From positions 2,144,001 through 2,208,000 of the forward strand of contig OZ244042.1 in assembly GCA_965215015.1 (NCBI GenBank): a stretch of 64,000 nt of DNA. Direction: 5' to 3'. Shown here piece after piece: positions 10,968 through 21,171 of the stretch. Below the pieces are notes generated by a model. The model searched no databases. It was given only the letters and a program-made list of their open reading frames with translations, and had not been told where the DNA came from. This DNA comes from Candidatus Poribacteria bacterium. Lineage in GTDB: Bacteria > Poribacteria > WGA-4E > PCPOR2b. Position 1 is the stretch's first letter. Every line of letters starts with the position of its first letter. The position numbers were made by a program, and so were the translations under genes.

Positions 10968-11208
10968 GAGGAGGTGCTCGTAAAGTAGTAGGCCCGTTCC
11001 GTGTGTCGTAAACCCCACAACCGTTATGGCACATGGCTTGGCTAACACACAACTGCCATTAAAATTCTAACCATAACTTGAAGAACAAAGCACTGCCAAC
11101 CCCGGGGGCATCTTGCCTCATCTACCGCCTGAGCTCCCTATCTGTATCCGTGCAATCTGCTGCATCAGTTTAATCCGTGTCTCAGACAATAATTATGAGC
11201 ATCCCTCA
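10968..11208. mobile_element. MITE-like element with GAGG(G/A)GTGCTC(A/G)TAA ends
   Basis: Left GAGGAGGTGCTCGTAA, right TTATGAGCATCCCTCA; the same end motif occurs at ~21826, ~23159 and ~33410; 10967-11025 matches the reverse complement of 23117-23176. Confidence 0.55.
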
Positions 11209-11245
11209 TCTATATTTGACTCAGTTCTTTGTGTTCAGTATAATA

Positions 11246-11760
11246 TAGGGCTTACGCAGTTGAACGTTCAAAGGAAACACCAGAAAAGGGCGCGCAATGT
11301 TTATGGTCGGTTGAGCCATAATTATAGCGCAAGAGTCATGGTATCCCCGGTGACTCATCAAATACCAAGTGTATCACTCGACAGGGTTTGGTGAATTGAG
11401 CCGGGGGCTGTTGCACGACAGTGTTGGTATCTATACGACTCACGCCGCCCGATGAATCGGCAACTTCAGTTTATTATCCGCCAGTAGTAGGCCCGCGGCG
11501 CGTGCTATCCCCCCCGTTTCTTGCCCCTCTGCTGGTGTGGGACCTAAGGGAGTAGCCCCGCCTCTCCCCACACTTCTTTTCCCCTCCGCTTGCGGGTGGG
11601 TTAGGGGGGGAGCCCTACCCCTGCTGGCGTGGGGACTAAGGGGGTGATACCCCAGCCGGTATTTAGCAGGAGGAAGGGGGGACAGCATACGCCGTATGCC
11701 GACTCCCTTAAAGACGCAAGTTGAATGGCGTTACGACAAAACTCAAGGGCGTAACTCCTA
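11246..11760 (+). mobile_element. MITE, TAGGA(C/G)TTACGCA family, 6-bp TSD ATAATA
   Basis: TAGGGCTTACGCAG...GGCGTAACTCCTA flanked on both sides by ATAATA. Confidence 0.85.
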
Positions 11761-12027
11761 ATAATAATTCAAGTTGCTACCTATAGCAAGAACAAATCAA
11801 CCATTGCAAATTAGTATATCAGGAGATACTCTATATGTTTAAGTATCATTTCATCTCCTATTTGATGGGAATTTGCAAACAACGACAGCACTTCATTATA
11901 CTCAACACTCATCAGTTTGTTGATATTTATCTTCGGTTATCAAAATGTCTCTGCCCAACAGTGGATCGCCCTATGCTATTTTTCAACAGAGCTGCCTCAT
12001 CTGCCCAAATCCCGACAAGAAACTAGT

Positions 12028-12591
12028 TAGGATTACGCAGTTGAACGTTTAAACGAAACACCAAACACTACTGCGCTACTGTCCGGGTGGGTCGAGCCAG
12101 GATTATGGCGCAATGGTCCTGGTATCTTTCGGTGACTCATCAAATACTAGGTGTGTCACTCGACAGTGTTTGGTAAATTGAAAACACCAAGTATGTTGCG
12201 CGATAGAATATCAGACACTGTTATGCCCCATGATTGGCTCCATCCGCCCGGGAGATTGTGCAACGGTGGCGGTTGTCCACTGTTGCATGACAGTGTTGGT
12301 ATCTATACAACTTACGCCGCACAATGAATCGGACAACTCTAGTTCATCCGACAGTCGTATGCACGCTCCACGTCCCCTCCCCCTGCTAAATACCCGGTGG
12401 GTCGTCCCTCAGTTCCTAGCTCATTGAGCCTAGAGCGGTCTGATACCGTGTGAGTATTCGGGACTGAGGGGGGTATCCTGAATACCCACACGGTTTCCCC
12501 TCTGCTTGCGGGGCGAAGGGACACCGTATGCCGACTCCCTTAAAGACGCGGGTTGAATTGGGCGACTACAAACTCAAGTGCGTAACTCCTA
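12028..12591 (+). mobile_element. MITE, TAGGA(C/G)TTACGCA family
   Basis: TAGGATTACGCAG...TGCGTAACTCCTA; collinear blocks shared with 11246-11760; degenerate flanks ACTAGT/ACTTAT. Confidence 0.8.
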
Positions 12592-12638
12592 ACTTATAGC
12601 CTATCTATACCTACTTCACAGAAGGAGGACAAGCCAGA

Positions 12639-14090
12639 ATGTACAAAAAACAATACCCAGGGCCCAATGCGGAGGTCGAGGAAGCCTTAGCGAGGGTTTG
12701 CACGGGGCCACATCAAACACGGCCCTTGGGGGCAAAGACGGGGGATCCAATCAGACCATCGGCAATTCTTGAGACCATTCTGAGATCAGTCAAAGGAGAG
12801 TTGCCCGCAGATCAAGCGGTCTCAGAGGTTCAGATGGGCGCATTTTTCGCCGGGATGACAATTCGGAAGGGTTTCCCCAAAAAAACGCGATGGAGCACAG
12901 CCGAGATCGAGGCTTTTGACAAATACCGCCCGGATTTGGAACGGTTGATGCCTCCAGAGCTTAGGTTTATCATGCAACCGGAGTTGGGACATACCGATAC
13001 AAATCTCGATGAAACTGTCGTCGTAAAAGCCCTTGAAAAGATCTTGAGAGGCAATCATTTGACCTACGATGAAACGCGCCAGATGGGAAAAGCTATCCTG
13101 AATGGAGATGTGAAGGGAGCACTGAAGGGAGCAGCACTCATCGGCCAGCGTATGAACCTTGAGAGTTACGATGAGGTGCGCGGATATCTAGATGCAACTT
13201 TCAGTCGAGATCAGGTGCGCGAGGTTTCCATCGAGTCGCTGACGCATTTCGGCCAACCCTTCGATGGTGCGACGCGGTACTTTAGACCGACGCTGTTTAT
13301 CGCAGCCGTGAGAGCTGCGCTAGGCGAGCCATCGGTGCTGCACGGTGTGGATGAGATGCCTCCGAAAAGCGGAATCACAGAAGAGCAGCAGCTGCAGGTG
13401 CTCGGTGCTCGCACAAATCTCTCCCTTGACGAAGCGGCAAATCTAATCGAAGATCCAGAGGTTGGGTTTGCTTACGTGAGTCAGCGGGAATATGCGCCCG
13501 GTGCCTACAACATCCGGGAATTACGGGTTCATATCAAAAAGCGTCCCCCTTGGGCAGCGACGGAGAAAGCGCAGCAACTGTTCACTGCTTCCGGTGCAAA
13601 CTACATGGTGATTGGATACTATCACCCCGGTTATGAAACGCCATTGCTGCAGTTGATAGGGGAGCGCGGTTTCCGTGCAGGGCTTGTGGTCAAAGGTGAG
13701 GAGGGAACAAGCCACTACGCCTTGCGATTGGGGAATCCTTCGACAGAAAAGCGACAAGCCATAAATTATTCTCAAGGATTCCGCCGTATCGGTGAGCGAC
13801 GTGAGGATTTTTCGCTAGACATAGACCCGTCGGAGTTCGGATTCAATTACGAGAAAAACCCGCGCCTAGAAACGATAAATCCCGAAGCGTTTGCATCGGT
13901 AGGAATGGAGGCATTATCCGGTCAGAAAGGGCAGATATATGACAGGTTGGTGCTCAATACAGCGATGACCGATTACCTGTTGGGCATCTGCTCGGATCCA
14001 CACGAGGCCCTCGAACGGACCAAGGAAGCGATTGATAGCGGCCGTGCCCTAGCGCATCTGAAAACATACATCGCGAAAAGCCAACTCTGA
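12639..14090 (+). CDS. Anthranilate phosphoribosyltransferase-like protein (TrpD/YbiB-like family)
   Basis: QMGAFFAGMTIR, HFGQPFDGATR, LHGVDEMPPKSG, IKKRPPWAATEK, AIDSGRALAHL. Confidence 0.75.
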   Translation: MYKKQYPGPNAEVEEALARVCTGPHQTRPLGAKTGDPIRPSAILETILRSVKGELPADQAVSEVQMGAFFAGMTIRKGFPKKTRWSTAEIEAFDKYRPDLERLMPPELRFIMQPELGHTDTNLDETVVVKALEKILRGNHLTYDETRQMGKAILNGDVKGALKGAALIGQRMNLESYDEVRGYLDATFSRDQVREVSIESLTHFGQPFDGATRYFRPTLFIAAVRAALGEPSVLHGVDEMPPKSGITEEQQLQVLGARTNLSLDEAANLIEDPEVGFAYVSQREYAPGAYNIRELRVHIKKRPPWAATEKAQQLFTASGANYMVIGYYHPGYETPLLQLIGERGFRAGLVVKGEEGTSHYALRLGNPSTEKRQAINYSQGFRRIGERREDFSLDIDPSEFGFNYEKNPRLETINPEAFASVGMEALSGQKGQIYDRLVLNTAMTDYLLGICSDPHEALERTKEAIDSGRALAHLKTYIAKSQL

Positions 14091-14244
14091 GACCGATACC
14101 GACGCAAATTCGTTTGATACTAAATCCGATTGTTTTGTCGTAGCGGTCTCAGTAATTTTATAAAATTTCATTTTCGATAAGAATTGGAGGTACGCTAAAC
14201 ACCGGCTGAAACTTGGGTTATTTAGCGAGTGCATATCCGTTTGT

Positions 14245-15069
14245 TCACACCTCGACAACCCAAGGCGTGCGCTCTGGGTTGACACCGTAATGTTCCGCCC
14301 AATCTATCAAGGCTTGGGATGATGTGTCAACGTTCCGGTACGCACCTAAAAGTTGTTTGTCAATATCGCTGTTCACTCGTTCTATTACCCGTTCATCCGG
14401 CGGATCAAGGTTGACATCGACCTTCATCCATCGATAGGCATAGCCGTAGATTATCACCTTTGAAATAGAATCACTCAGGTTAGGCGCAGCGGTATGGAAC
14501 GTACGATTTTCAAAAAAGATAGCATCACCGGCGCGTAAACGCGAATCGACCACTGTCGGCGGGTCGGGTTCACCCTTGCGAATTGCCAATGGCTCAGTAT
14601 TCTGATGGCTCCCGCGTGCCATCAAGGTCATACCGGAGTCAGGCTCAAGAAAGTCTGTCAGACAATAGCAGACCTTTATTCCGACCCGCGGCAAGCCTTC
14701 ATGCCCCAAGTCTTCTGCAATGCCGATGTCACGGTGCCATCCCCGGTCGGGAGGCGTTGTGTCAGGAGGTTGGGGTTTCTTGTAGATTAGTGAAGCTGTG
14801 TGGAGATGGATATTGGGACTGAGTAACTGAACGACCCGTGAAACAGTAGTCGAGTTAGAGACGAGCGAGTCGAACGCCGCTTCCTGCACGATGCCATCGC
14901 GGCGTTGCAAATAGACGCTTTTTGGATCATCCATGAATGATTTCATCAATTGGTCTCCCGCTTCGGTCAGACGGGTAACGGTCTCGACATCAATAGCTTG
15001 TGGAATAATAAGAAAGCCATCTGCATCAAAGTCCCGGCGTTGCGCCTCAGTCAGCTGAAAGAAATCCAT
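14245..15069 (-). CDS. Phytanoyl-CoA dioxygenase (PhyH) family Fe(II)/2OG enzyme
   Basis: FDADGFLII, WHRD (HxD), ARGSH, AGDAIFFENRTFH. Confidence 0.9.
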   Translation of the reverse strand: MDFFQLTEAQRRDFDADGFLIIPQAIDVETVTRLTEAGDQLMKSFMDDPKSVYLQRRDGIVQEAAFDSLVSNSTTVSRVVQLLSPNIHLHTASLIYKKPQPPDTTPPDRGWHRDIGIAEDLGHEGLPRVGIKVCYCLTDFLEPDSGMTLMARGSHQNTEPLAIRKGEPDPPTVVDSRLRAGDAIFFENRTFHTAAPNLSDSISKVIIYGYAYRWMKVDVNLDPPDERVIERVNSDIDKQLLGAYRNVDTSSQALIDWAEHYGVNPERTPWVVEV

Positions 15070-15151
15070 TAAGTGATAAACCTCCTCTAATCATGGTATA
15101 TACGCCGAATTCCATGCCTCGCGCAAGTACAGCATATTTCCAATGTTATCA

Positions 15152-15400
15152 CTATACTCCCCTCCGGTCGGATAGCCATTGCTGAGCCTCCATCACTGTC
15201 ATTACAGGAGACTCATATCCCGTGCTACTTACCAAGAGCTCCCCACTTCGGATCTCTCCGCGTAAAAGGTTCACACCCGTCACCAGCTGCGCTAACGTGA
15301 AGTCGTTGGCGTAGCACAAAGCCCCTTGCAAAAAGACAAAAATTGCAACTATAGAGGATAAAAGAGAAGGACGCTTTTTCCAACAGTATTTCTTAAACAT
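15152..15400 (-). CDS. Short secreted-protein ORF, probably truncated
   Basis: RBS AAAGGAA, Sec-type signal peptide (LLSSIVAIFVFLQGALCYA), only ~50 aa of mature sequence. Confidence 0.45.
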   Translation of the reverse strand: MFKKYCWKKRPSLLSSIVAIFVFLQGALCYANDFTLAQLVTGVNLLRGEIRSGELLVSSTGYESPVMTVMEAQQWLSDRRGV

Positions 15401-15427
15401 CGTTAGGGGTTCCTTTCTATATTTGTA

Positions 15428-16132
15428 TCAATCAGACCCCGCCCCTTCGGCCTCTAACTGCAACGCAAAATCCTTAATCATGCCCTTAATCACTGACAAC
15501 TCCTCAAACCATTTATCCGTTTTCCGGTCTATTTCTGTCATCTTCTGACTATAGCTGTTCTCTAACGCCAAAACGGCTGCGACCGAATCATTCTCACGAC
15601 GTAGCTTCCGCAATTGGTGCCACTCTTCAATGGCTAGATATTCTTCAGGGGTCGGATTGGGGGAAAGCTTCTCCTCTATAATTTTTTGGAGTCGATTCAC
15701 CTCTATATCTAATGCCTTCTGCTTAGCCGGCAATTCCTGACCCAGACGTTCACTGGCCCGAGCCCACTCCATATTGGTTTCATTCCTCAATTTGGTGAGC
15801 TGATCGATTTCTGCCTCCACTTGCAATTGTCCAGCCCTGAGTAGAGCAATTGAGTTGCGAATCCTTTGTTCTCTCTCAGAGGCATCCGCTGCACTCGTCG
15901 CCTCCAAAGCGGCTTCTGCGTCATATATAACGATTTCCGGATCCGAATCCAGCTGGTTTCCGCGAACCGGCGGTGGTGTCGGTACATTGCTGATGGGCGG
16001 CGGTGGCTTGAACCGTTCATCATCCGACTGAAAACGCCAACTCTTCCCAAAGTAGCTGCCAATCATAAAGCTGCCAATCACAATCAGCACCACGACGCCC
16101 GTTCCTAAAATAACGCGCCAATCACGTTTCAT
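15428..16132 (-). CDS. Membrane-anchored coiled-coil hypothetical protein (paralog B)
   Basis: One N-terminal TM helix, Pro-rich linker, helical C-terminal region; RBS GGAGG; near-duplicate of 16220..16927. Confidence 0.8.
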   Translation of the reverse strand: MKRDWRVILGTGVVVLIVIGSFMIGSYFGKSWRFQSDDERFKPPPPISNVPTPPPVRGNQLDSDPEIVIYDAEAALEATSAADASEREQRIRNSIALLRAGQLQVEAEIDQLTKLRNETNMEWARASERLGQELPAKQKALDIEVNRLQKIIEEKLSPNPTPEEYLAIEEWHQLRKLRRENDSVAAVLALENSYSQKMTEIDRKTDKWFEELSVIKGMIKDFALQLEAEGAGSD

Positions 16133-16219
16133 GATTTTCCTCCGGAATACAGGGACTCCTCAGTGAGCGTAAAGCCAACGGCTGAGCCAATGGCTTTAAC
16201 GCAAAGGAGACTTGAAAAC

Positions 16220-16927
16220 TTACTCGGCCCCCTCGGACTCTAACTGCAACGCCAAATCCTTAATCCTATCCTTAATCACAGACCGTTCCTTAAATAATTC
16301 AGCCACTTTCCGGTCTATTTCTGTCATCTTCTGACTATAGCTGTTCTCTAACGCCCAAACGGCTTCGACCGAATCATTCTCACGAAGTAGCTTCCGCAAT
16401 TGGTGCCACTCTTCAAGGGCTAGATATTCTTCAGCGGTCGAATTGGGGGAAAGCTTCTCCTCTATAATTTTTTGGAGTCGATTCACCTCTATATCTAATG
16501 CCTTCTGCTTAGCCGGCAATTCCTTATCCTGCCGTACCGTGGCCCGACGCCACTCCATATTGATTTCATTCCCCAATTTGGTGAGTTGATTTATTTCTGC
16601 CTTCACTTGCAATTGTTCAGCCCTGAGTCGAACAATTGAGTTGCGAATCCTTTGTTCTCTCTCAGAGGCATCCGCTGCACTCGTCGCCTCCAAAGCGGCT
16701 TCTGCGTCATATATAACGATTTCCGGATCCGAATCCAGCTGGTTTCCGCGAACCGGCGGTGGTGTCGGTACATTGCTGATGGGCGGCGGTGGCTTGAGCC
16801 ATTCATCATCCGACTGAAAACGCCAACTCTTCCCAAAGTAGCTGCCAATCATAAAGCTGCCAATCACAATCAGCACCACGACGCCCGTTCCTAAAATAAC
16901 GCGCCAATCACGCCAATCACGTTTCAT
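16220..16927 (-). CDS. Membrane-anchored coiled-coil hypothetical protein (paralog A)
   Basis: Same architecture as 15428..16132; identical upstream RBS region. Confidence 0.8.
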   Translation of the reverse strand: MKRDWRDWRVILGTGVVVLIVIGSFMIGSYFGKSWRFQSDDEWLKPPPPISNVPTPPPVRGNQLDSDPEIVIYDAEAALEATSAADASEREQRIRNSIVRLRAEQLQVKAEINQLTKLGNEINMEWRRATVRQDKELPAKQKALDIEVNRLQKIIEEKLSPNSTAEEYLALEEWHQLRKLLRENDSVEAVWALENSYSQKMTEIDRKVAELFKERSVIKDRIKDLALQLESEGAE

Positions 16928-17044
16928 GATTTTCCTCCGGAATACAGGTTAGATAGTGAAGTGAACCGCCAAGAATGCACGTCCATAGCAGTTCACCATT
17001 AGATCACTGATATAGTTCAAAATGACAACGAAAGACACACTTGT

Positions 17045-17503
17045 TCAAGGACATCGAATAGAAAGGTTACATCGGATGCGATTCCCGCCTTGACCAGCAA
17101 ACGCGTTCGTGCATTCATAATCGAGAGTACAAAACTCACAATACCACATCTTCCAACCCGGGGGGTGCGTAGAACATCTACAATCGTAATAGCCTGTGCT
17201 TGCTATTTTGCAGTATTGGTTTCCGTAGATTTTCACGTATGGATCCGTTCCACAATACGACGGCCAAGGACAAATAGATCCAGTAGACTTACAGAATCCA
17301 CTCTCCCCACCTTTTGTACTGCCAATGTCGTAACAGTTGACAGATCCGCCTGCAATTTGAGACATCTCCTCCATGTCCAGCACAGTCAGCGTGGGAGAGT
17401 GGACCGCCGCCACCGCAGGAAGGCTGAGTGACAATAAAATACTAACACCAATTGAAAGAAAAAGCAAGCGCGATAAATTTTGACTCAAACCGAAATTAAA
17501 CAT
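17045..17503 (-). CDS. Secreted Cys-rich peptide precursor with signal peptide and double-glycine-type pro-segment
   Basis: GGAGGAAAATC-ATG start at 17503; hydrophobic signal, LDMEEMSQIAGG, then a 99-aa core with 12 Cys. Confidence 0.75.
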   Translation of the reverse strand: MFNFGLSQNLSRLLFLSIGVSILLSLSLPAVAAVHSPTLTVLDMEEMSQIAGGSVNCYDIGSTKGGESGFCKSTGSICPWPSYCGTDPYVKIYGNQYCKIASTGYYDCRCSTHPPGWKMWYCEFCTLDYECTNAFAGQGGNRIRCNLSIRCP

Positions 17504-17564
17504 GATTTTCCTCCAAGAATGTACTTCCATAGCAGTTCATTATCAGATAACGATTGTAGTGGGA

Positions 17565-17890
17565 CTAATAATCACCACAATCGTTTCCAACGTCACATTT
17601 GATGCGCCTCCCGCCGCCACCCATAAACTTGCGCTTGCACAACCCCGCAGGTTGCCAATCGGATTTGAGACATCGCTTACAATTATATGTCAGCCACGCG
17701 TTCCCATCGGTCCGACACCAACATCCGTGATGGCCTTGTTGTGCGTTTTGGCAGTACTCCGTTGCGCGAATTACGGTGTATTGACTATCCCCACATTGCG
17801 GATCGCCGAAACACTGACTTCCATCGGTTTTCACGTTTCACTCTCGGTCTTTGACCGAAGCACTTATCAACAGTTACAAACTAGCACCAT
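17565..17890 (-). pseudogene. 5'-degenerate paralog of the Cys-rich peptide gene
   Basis: 10 Cys with the same spacing as 17045..17503; upstream sequence resembles the paralog but has stops/frameshifts and no signal peptide. Confidence 0.65.
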
Positions 17891-17911
17891 TGGTCAATAT
17901 ACTCTCTCTTA

Positions 17912-19510
17912 TCATGTATATTCAAGTGCCAAATCCAACCCAAGAATCGTGACGATACTCTCAGGAAGGACGCCATCGTTTCGAGCCGCTAACTCTACGA
18001 TATTTCTGCCCGTCCGTAGCGGGGGTACCTGTACGTCGTACGCAAGCCGCGGACTCACGGCTTGTCGGAGCTGGCGATCCGTACCATCATCCGAGGCGGG
18101 GATGAATCGGCTGTCGGTCAGTGCCTCACCGTTTAACCGAATGAGCAAGGCATCCTTCCAAGAGACATCGTCGAACTCAACAATCAAGGTCGCTCTTGTC
18201 GGCGGATGCGCCGCAACATCGTCACCGACGATTAGCGGTAGACGGCCAATCACGCCGGTACGCAGTGCACCGCGCTTCGATTCTAGCGGCAGGAGACGAG
18301 GAGCGGATAGGTGTGCGTAGTAAGGCAGGATGCCACCTGTGGCACTATCAACGCTGAACAGCTTATCTTTGCCGACCAACATATTCGCGTCTCCTACTTC
18401 ATGTACACAAGCGTAACAGCGACGGCGAGTTTCAACCAACTGATCGCCGGTCATAAACTCGAACGGCGTCCCAAGATTCCAGAAGTAGAGGCCGCGAACA
18501 CCGGCACGATACCAGTTCGACGCCAATCCACGCACCAACGGCAGCGACTCTTTGCCCAAGTTCACACACGGGTAAATAGGCACACCGTACATTCGTCCTG
18601 CTTCAACCCATGTCTTAACCGGCAGAGACCACGGCGCATACCCACCACCGACAATGAGGATGTCAATTAGATCTTTTCTGAGCCACGCGTCCACATCCAG
18701 GCCGTTGTCAAGGCACGTGGTGAAAGTATCGGGTACACGCACGGCGATGAGCATAGATCTACCCCGCCTCCGCGCTGTCCCTTCCGTCAGGTTGCGGATC
18801 TCATCCATCATTGATGTGATGATATCGCCCTCGTCCAGCGTGCACGGCTCACCGCGCATCTGCCGACTGAATAACACAGGGTGGCGGATATAGTCCAACT
18901 CGAACCCATCCACGTCATAACGTTGGCAGATCTCTTTAATAATTTCGAGTTTGCGTTGACGCACCGCTTCATGCGAGAAGTCCTGGGCAGTCGTGTACAA
19001 TTCAAACGCTGGCAGGGTGCCGCGGGTATCAACCATGAACTCCGGATGTGTGCGTTTCCAGACAGTCATGGCGTTGGCGTCCATAAAACTGTCATGTACG
19101 TCGTTCATGCGTACCGATGCGAACGCATCCATGTCATGCTCGTGCGCGAAGTCGCAAACTAGCTGCAGCGGACAACGATACTCCCGCACCAGCGTCTTGA
19201 CGTTCTCTGTCACCCTGTGCCAATATTTGACCGGCGCACCTTGGGCGTCACCGTAGATCGGCTGCACCTTGCTGTCGTAAGCCGGGGCGTCGAATTGTCC
19301 ACACAACACCGACCAAGAGATGGTGCCGACCTGTGTTCCGGCAAGTGGCGCGATCCGATGCGCTAGAAAACCTTCAGGCGTGTTTGCGTCCTCCAGGGCC
19401 AGCTCATGTGTATCATCGTTGAAGATAACGCGCTGAGGTCGGTGTGCTGCCTCAAATCGGGCACGTTTGATACCGGGCCAATGAACCTTGGACCAACGAC
19501 TCGTGGACAT
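17912..19510 (-). CDS. Putative glycoside hydrolase-like TIM-barrel protein (GHL10-like)
   Basis: VIFNDD, ASVRMNDVHD, QDFSHEAVRQRKLEIIKEICQRYDVDGFELDYIRHP, GLYFWN. Confidence 0.65.
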   Translation of the reverse strand: MSTSRWSKVHWPGIKRARFEAAHRPQRVIFNDDTHELALEDANTPEGFLAHRIAPLAGTQVGTISWSVLCGQFDAPAYDSKVQPIYGDAQGAPVKYWHRVTENVKTLVREYRCPLQLVCDFAHEHDMDAFASVRMNDVHDSFMDANAMTVWKRTHPEFMVDTRGTLPAFELYTTAQDFSHEAVRQRKLEIIKEICQRYDVDGFELDYIRHPVLFSRQMRGEPCTLDEGDIITSMMDEIRNLTEGTARRRGRSMLIAVRVPDTFTTCLDNGLDVDAWLRKDLIDILIVGGGYAPWSLPVKTWVEAGRMYGVPIYPCVNLGKESLPLVRGLASNWYRAGVRGLYFWNLGTPFEFMTGDQLVETRRRCYACVHEVGDANMLVGKDKLFSVDSATGGILPYYAHLSAPRLLPLESKRGALRTGVIGRLPLIVGDDVAAHPPTRATLIVEFDDVSWKDALLIRLNGEALTDSRFIPASDDGTDRQLRQAVSPRLAYDVQVPPLRTGRNIVELAARNDGVLPESIVTILGLDLALEYT

Positions 19511-19537
19511 ATTTCCCTCCTATATTTTCAGACGTAT

Positions 19538-20662
19538 CTAAACTAGCCGCCAACGGATGATCACAAAGTCGGTGTTGCCGATGCAATTGTTCCAAGAACT
19601 CACATCGCCGTAGCAGGAGCCGGTCAGCGTCAACATCTCTTCCTCATCCAGACTGATTGTCGCCGCGTAGCCAGCCGCAGTGCCGTGACTGAGGTAGTAC
19701 ACCTCGTCCCGCCACGTCTCGCCGTTGTCATGGCTTACCACTGCCCTACCGCTACTCATCTCGCGGGGGTATCGGTGGTCAGTGACCACCACCGCACGGT
19801 TGCCCGATAAGCCAACACCGTATCCGTAGCACTGCCCCAGCACCGTGGCAAGTTGACGCGGCGGTGTCCATGTCTCACCTACGTCGTCCGAATGGGCGAC
19901 GAACACATGCTTGTATGGGAATGTGTGACCGGCTGCGAGTGCACCGGTCCGTTCTAACAAATCTGGAGGATCGTCGGGCAAACTCGGACGCTGGCAGCGA
20001 ATCGCTGCCAACAGTCTACCCGTTGGCAGTTGCGCGACATTGACCTCACAGCACCACTCGCCGAGCACCGAATACTCGGACCATGTGTGTCCACCATCCC
20101 GCGAACGGTAGATGCGACATACAGCGGGCGTTATCTCAGCTGCTTCGCTGTTGCCAATCCTGTCCGCCCCCACCAGCACCGGCACCAGCAGCGTGCCGTC
20201 GTCCAGGCGGGTCATGCTGAAGCCCAACGACAGCACATCCGACGTGCCGACCTCAATCCCCCCGATTCGCTGCCATGTTCTGCCCTCATCGTGCGATTTC
20301 CATATGGTCGGTGGTGTGCCGTTGATCGGCGGCTTGACGTTTAACATGGCACCCTCGTCGTTAAATGCGATCCGCCATCCGAGGCATATATCGGGATCGC
20401 GCTGGAGGTGCTCCCACGTTTTGCCGCCATCGGTTGACCTGTGCAGCAGCGTATGTTGAGCGGCATAGATCGTCCCATTCGGTGCTTGCGTTAGGCACAG
20501 CCGCTGAGTATGTCCCTTCAGATCACGCGGCAGCCGAATCTTTTCCACAGAAACCTTCTCTAATTTTTTGTCGCGGGCGTGGAGGATATAATCCTTCGCC
20601 TGCATCGCTCGCAGTTCATCAGGTTGAATGGATACTCCGCCCATATTGTGTGTTGAGAGCAT
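19538..20662 (-). CDS. Sialidase-like BNR/Asp-box beta-propeller protein
   Basis: Five Asp-boxes: STDGGKTW, SHDEGRTW, SRDGGHTW, SDDVGETW, SHDNGETW. Confidence 0.85.
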   Translation of the reverse strand: MLSTHNMGGVSIQPDELRAMQAKDYILHARDKKLEKVSVEKIRLPRDLKGHTQRLCLTQAPNGTIYAAQHTLLHRSTDGGKTWEHLQRDPDICLGWRIAFNDEGAMLNVKPPINGTPPTIWKSHDEGRTWQRIGGIEVGTSDVLSLGFSMTRLDDGTLLVPVLVGADRIGNSEAAEITPAVCRIYRSRDGGHTWSEYSVLGEWCCEVNVAQLPTGRLLAAIRCQRPSLPDDPPDLLERTGALAAGHTFPYKHVFVAHSDDVGETWTPPRQLATVLGQCYGYGVGLSGNRAVVVTDHRYPREMSSGRAVVSHDNGETWRDEVYYLSHGTAAGYAATISLDEEEMLTLTGSCYGDVSSWNNCIGNTDFVIIRWRLV

Positions 20663-20949
20663 GGCGTCTCCTTTCTTTAATCTGCTATTTAGGTTGACTG
20701 TTAAAATGGATTGGCGAGGGGGCTAGCTCCTATGCCCTGCGCTTCACTTACAAGTGTGCCGACAAAAGTTGTGCCTACGAGGAAAAGGATTAAGAATGTG
20801 AGGATTTGGGTAAATTTCTTGCGTCTTGATTTCACAGAAAATTTCCTTTCTTTTTTAACTGGTTCGGTGTTGTCTGAAATTTAAGAGATCGCCTGAGTAT
20901 CTATATTGGCTGCAGGGGATTCCCCCTGTTCCTTTAATATCCATAGATT

Positions 20950-21171
20950 TCAGTTCTTTCTGAAACCTTTAATTATCCAATAGATTACCAAGAAGCCAAT
21001 ATGTCCAATGGCAAAGCAGATGAGGAAAGTGGCAAAGCAGATGAGGAAAGTTTCAACCACATTGTCGTAGTAAATGATGGAGCCCCATATGATAACAGCC
21101 GGCAGGAGTGAAAGCACCAACCATAAGCGATTAAAGCCTCTGTGATAGTTGTTTAGCCATCGAATTGCCAT
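20950..21171 (-). CDS. Small two-TM membrane protein
   Basis: RBS AAAGGAG then MAIRWLNNYHRGFNRLWLVLS...WIIKGFRKN; contains a 21-bp tandem duplication (21010-21051, TFLICFA x2). Confidence 0.6.
   Translation of the reverse strand: MAIRWLNNYHRGFNRLWLVLSLLPAVIIWGSIIYYDNVVETFLICFATFLICFAIGHIGFLVIYWIIKGFRKN

Noticed and set aside
11440-12524. Short ORFs inside 11246-12591 (also 8075..8350 and 57424..57789)
   Set aside because: They lie within non-coding MITE sequence, and frames are not conserved between copies
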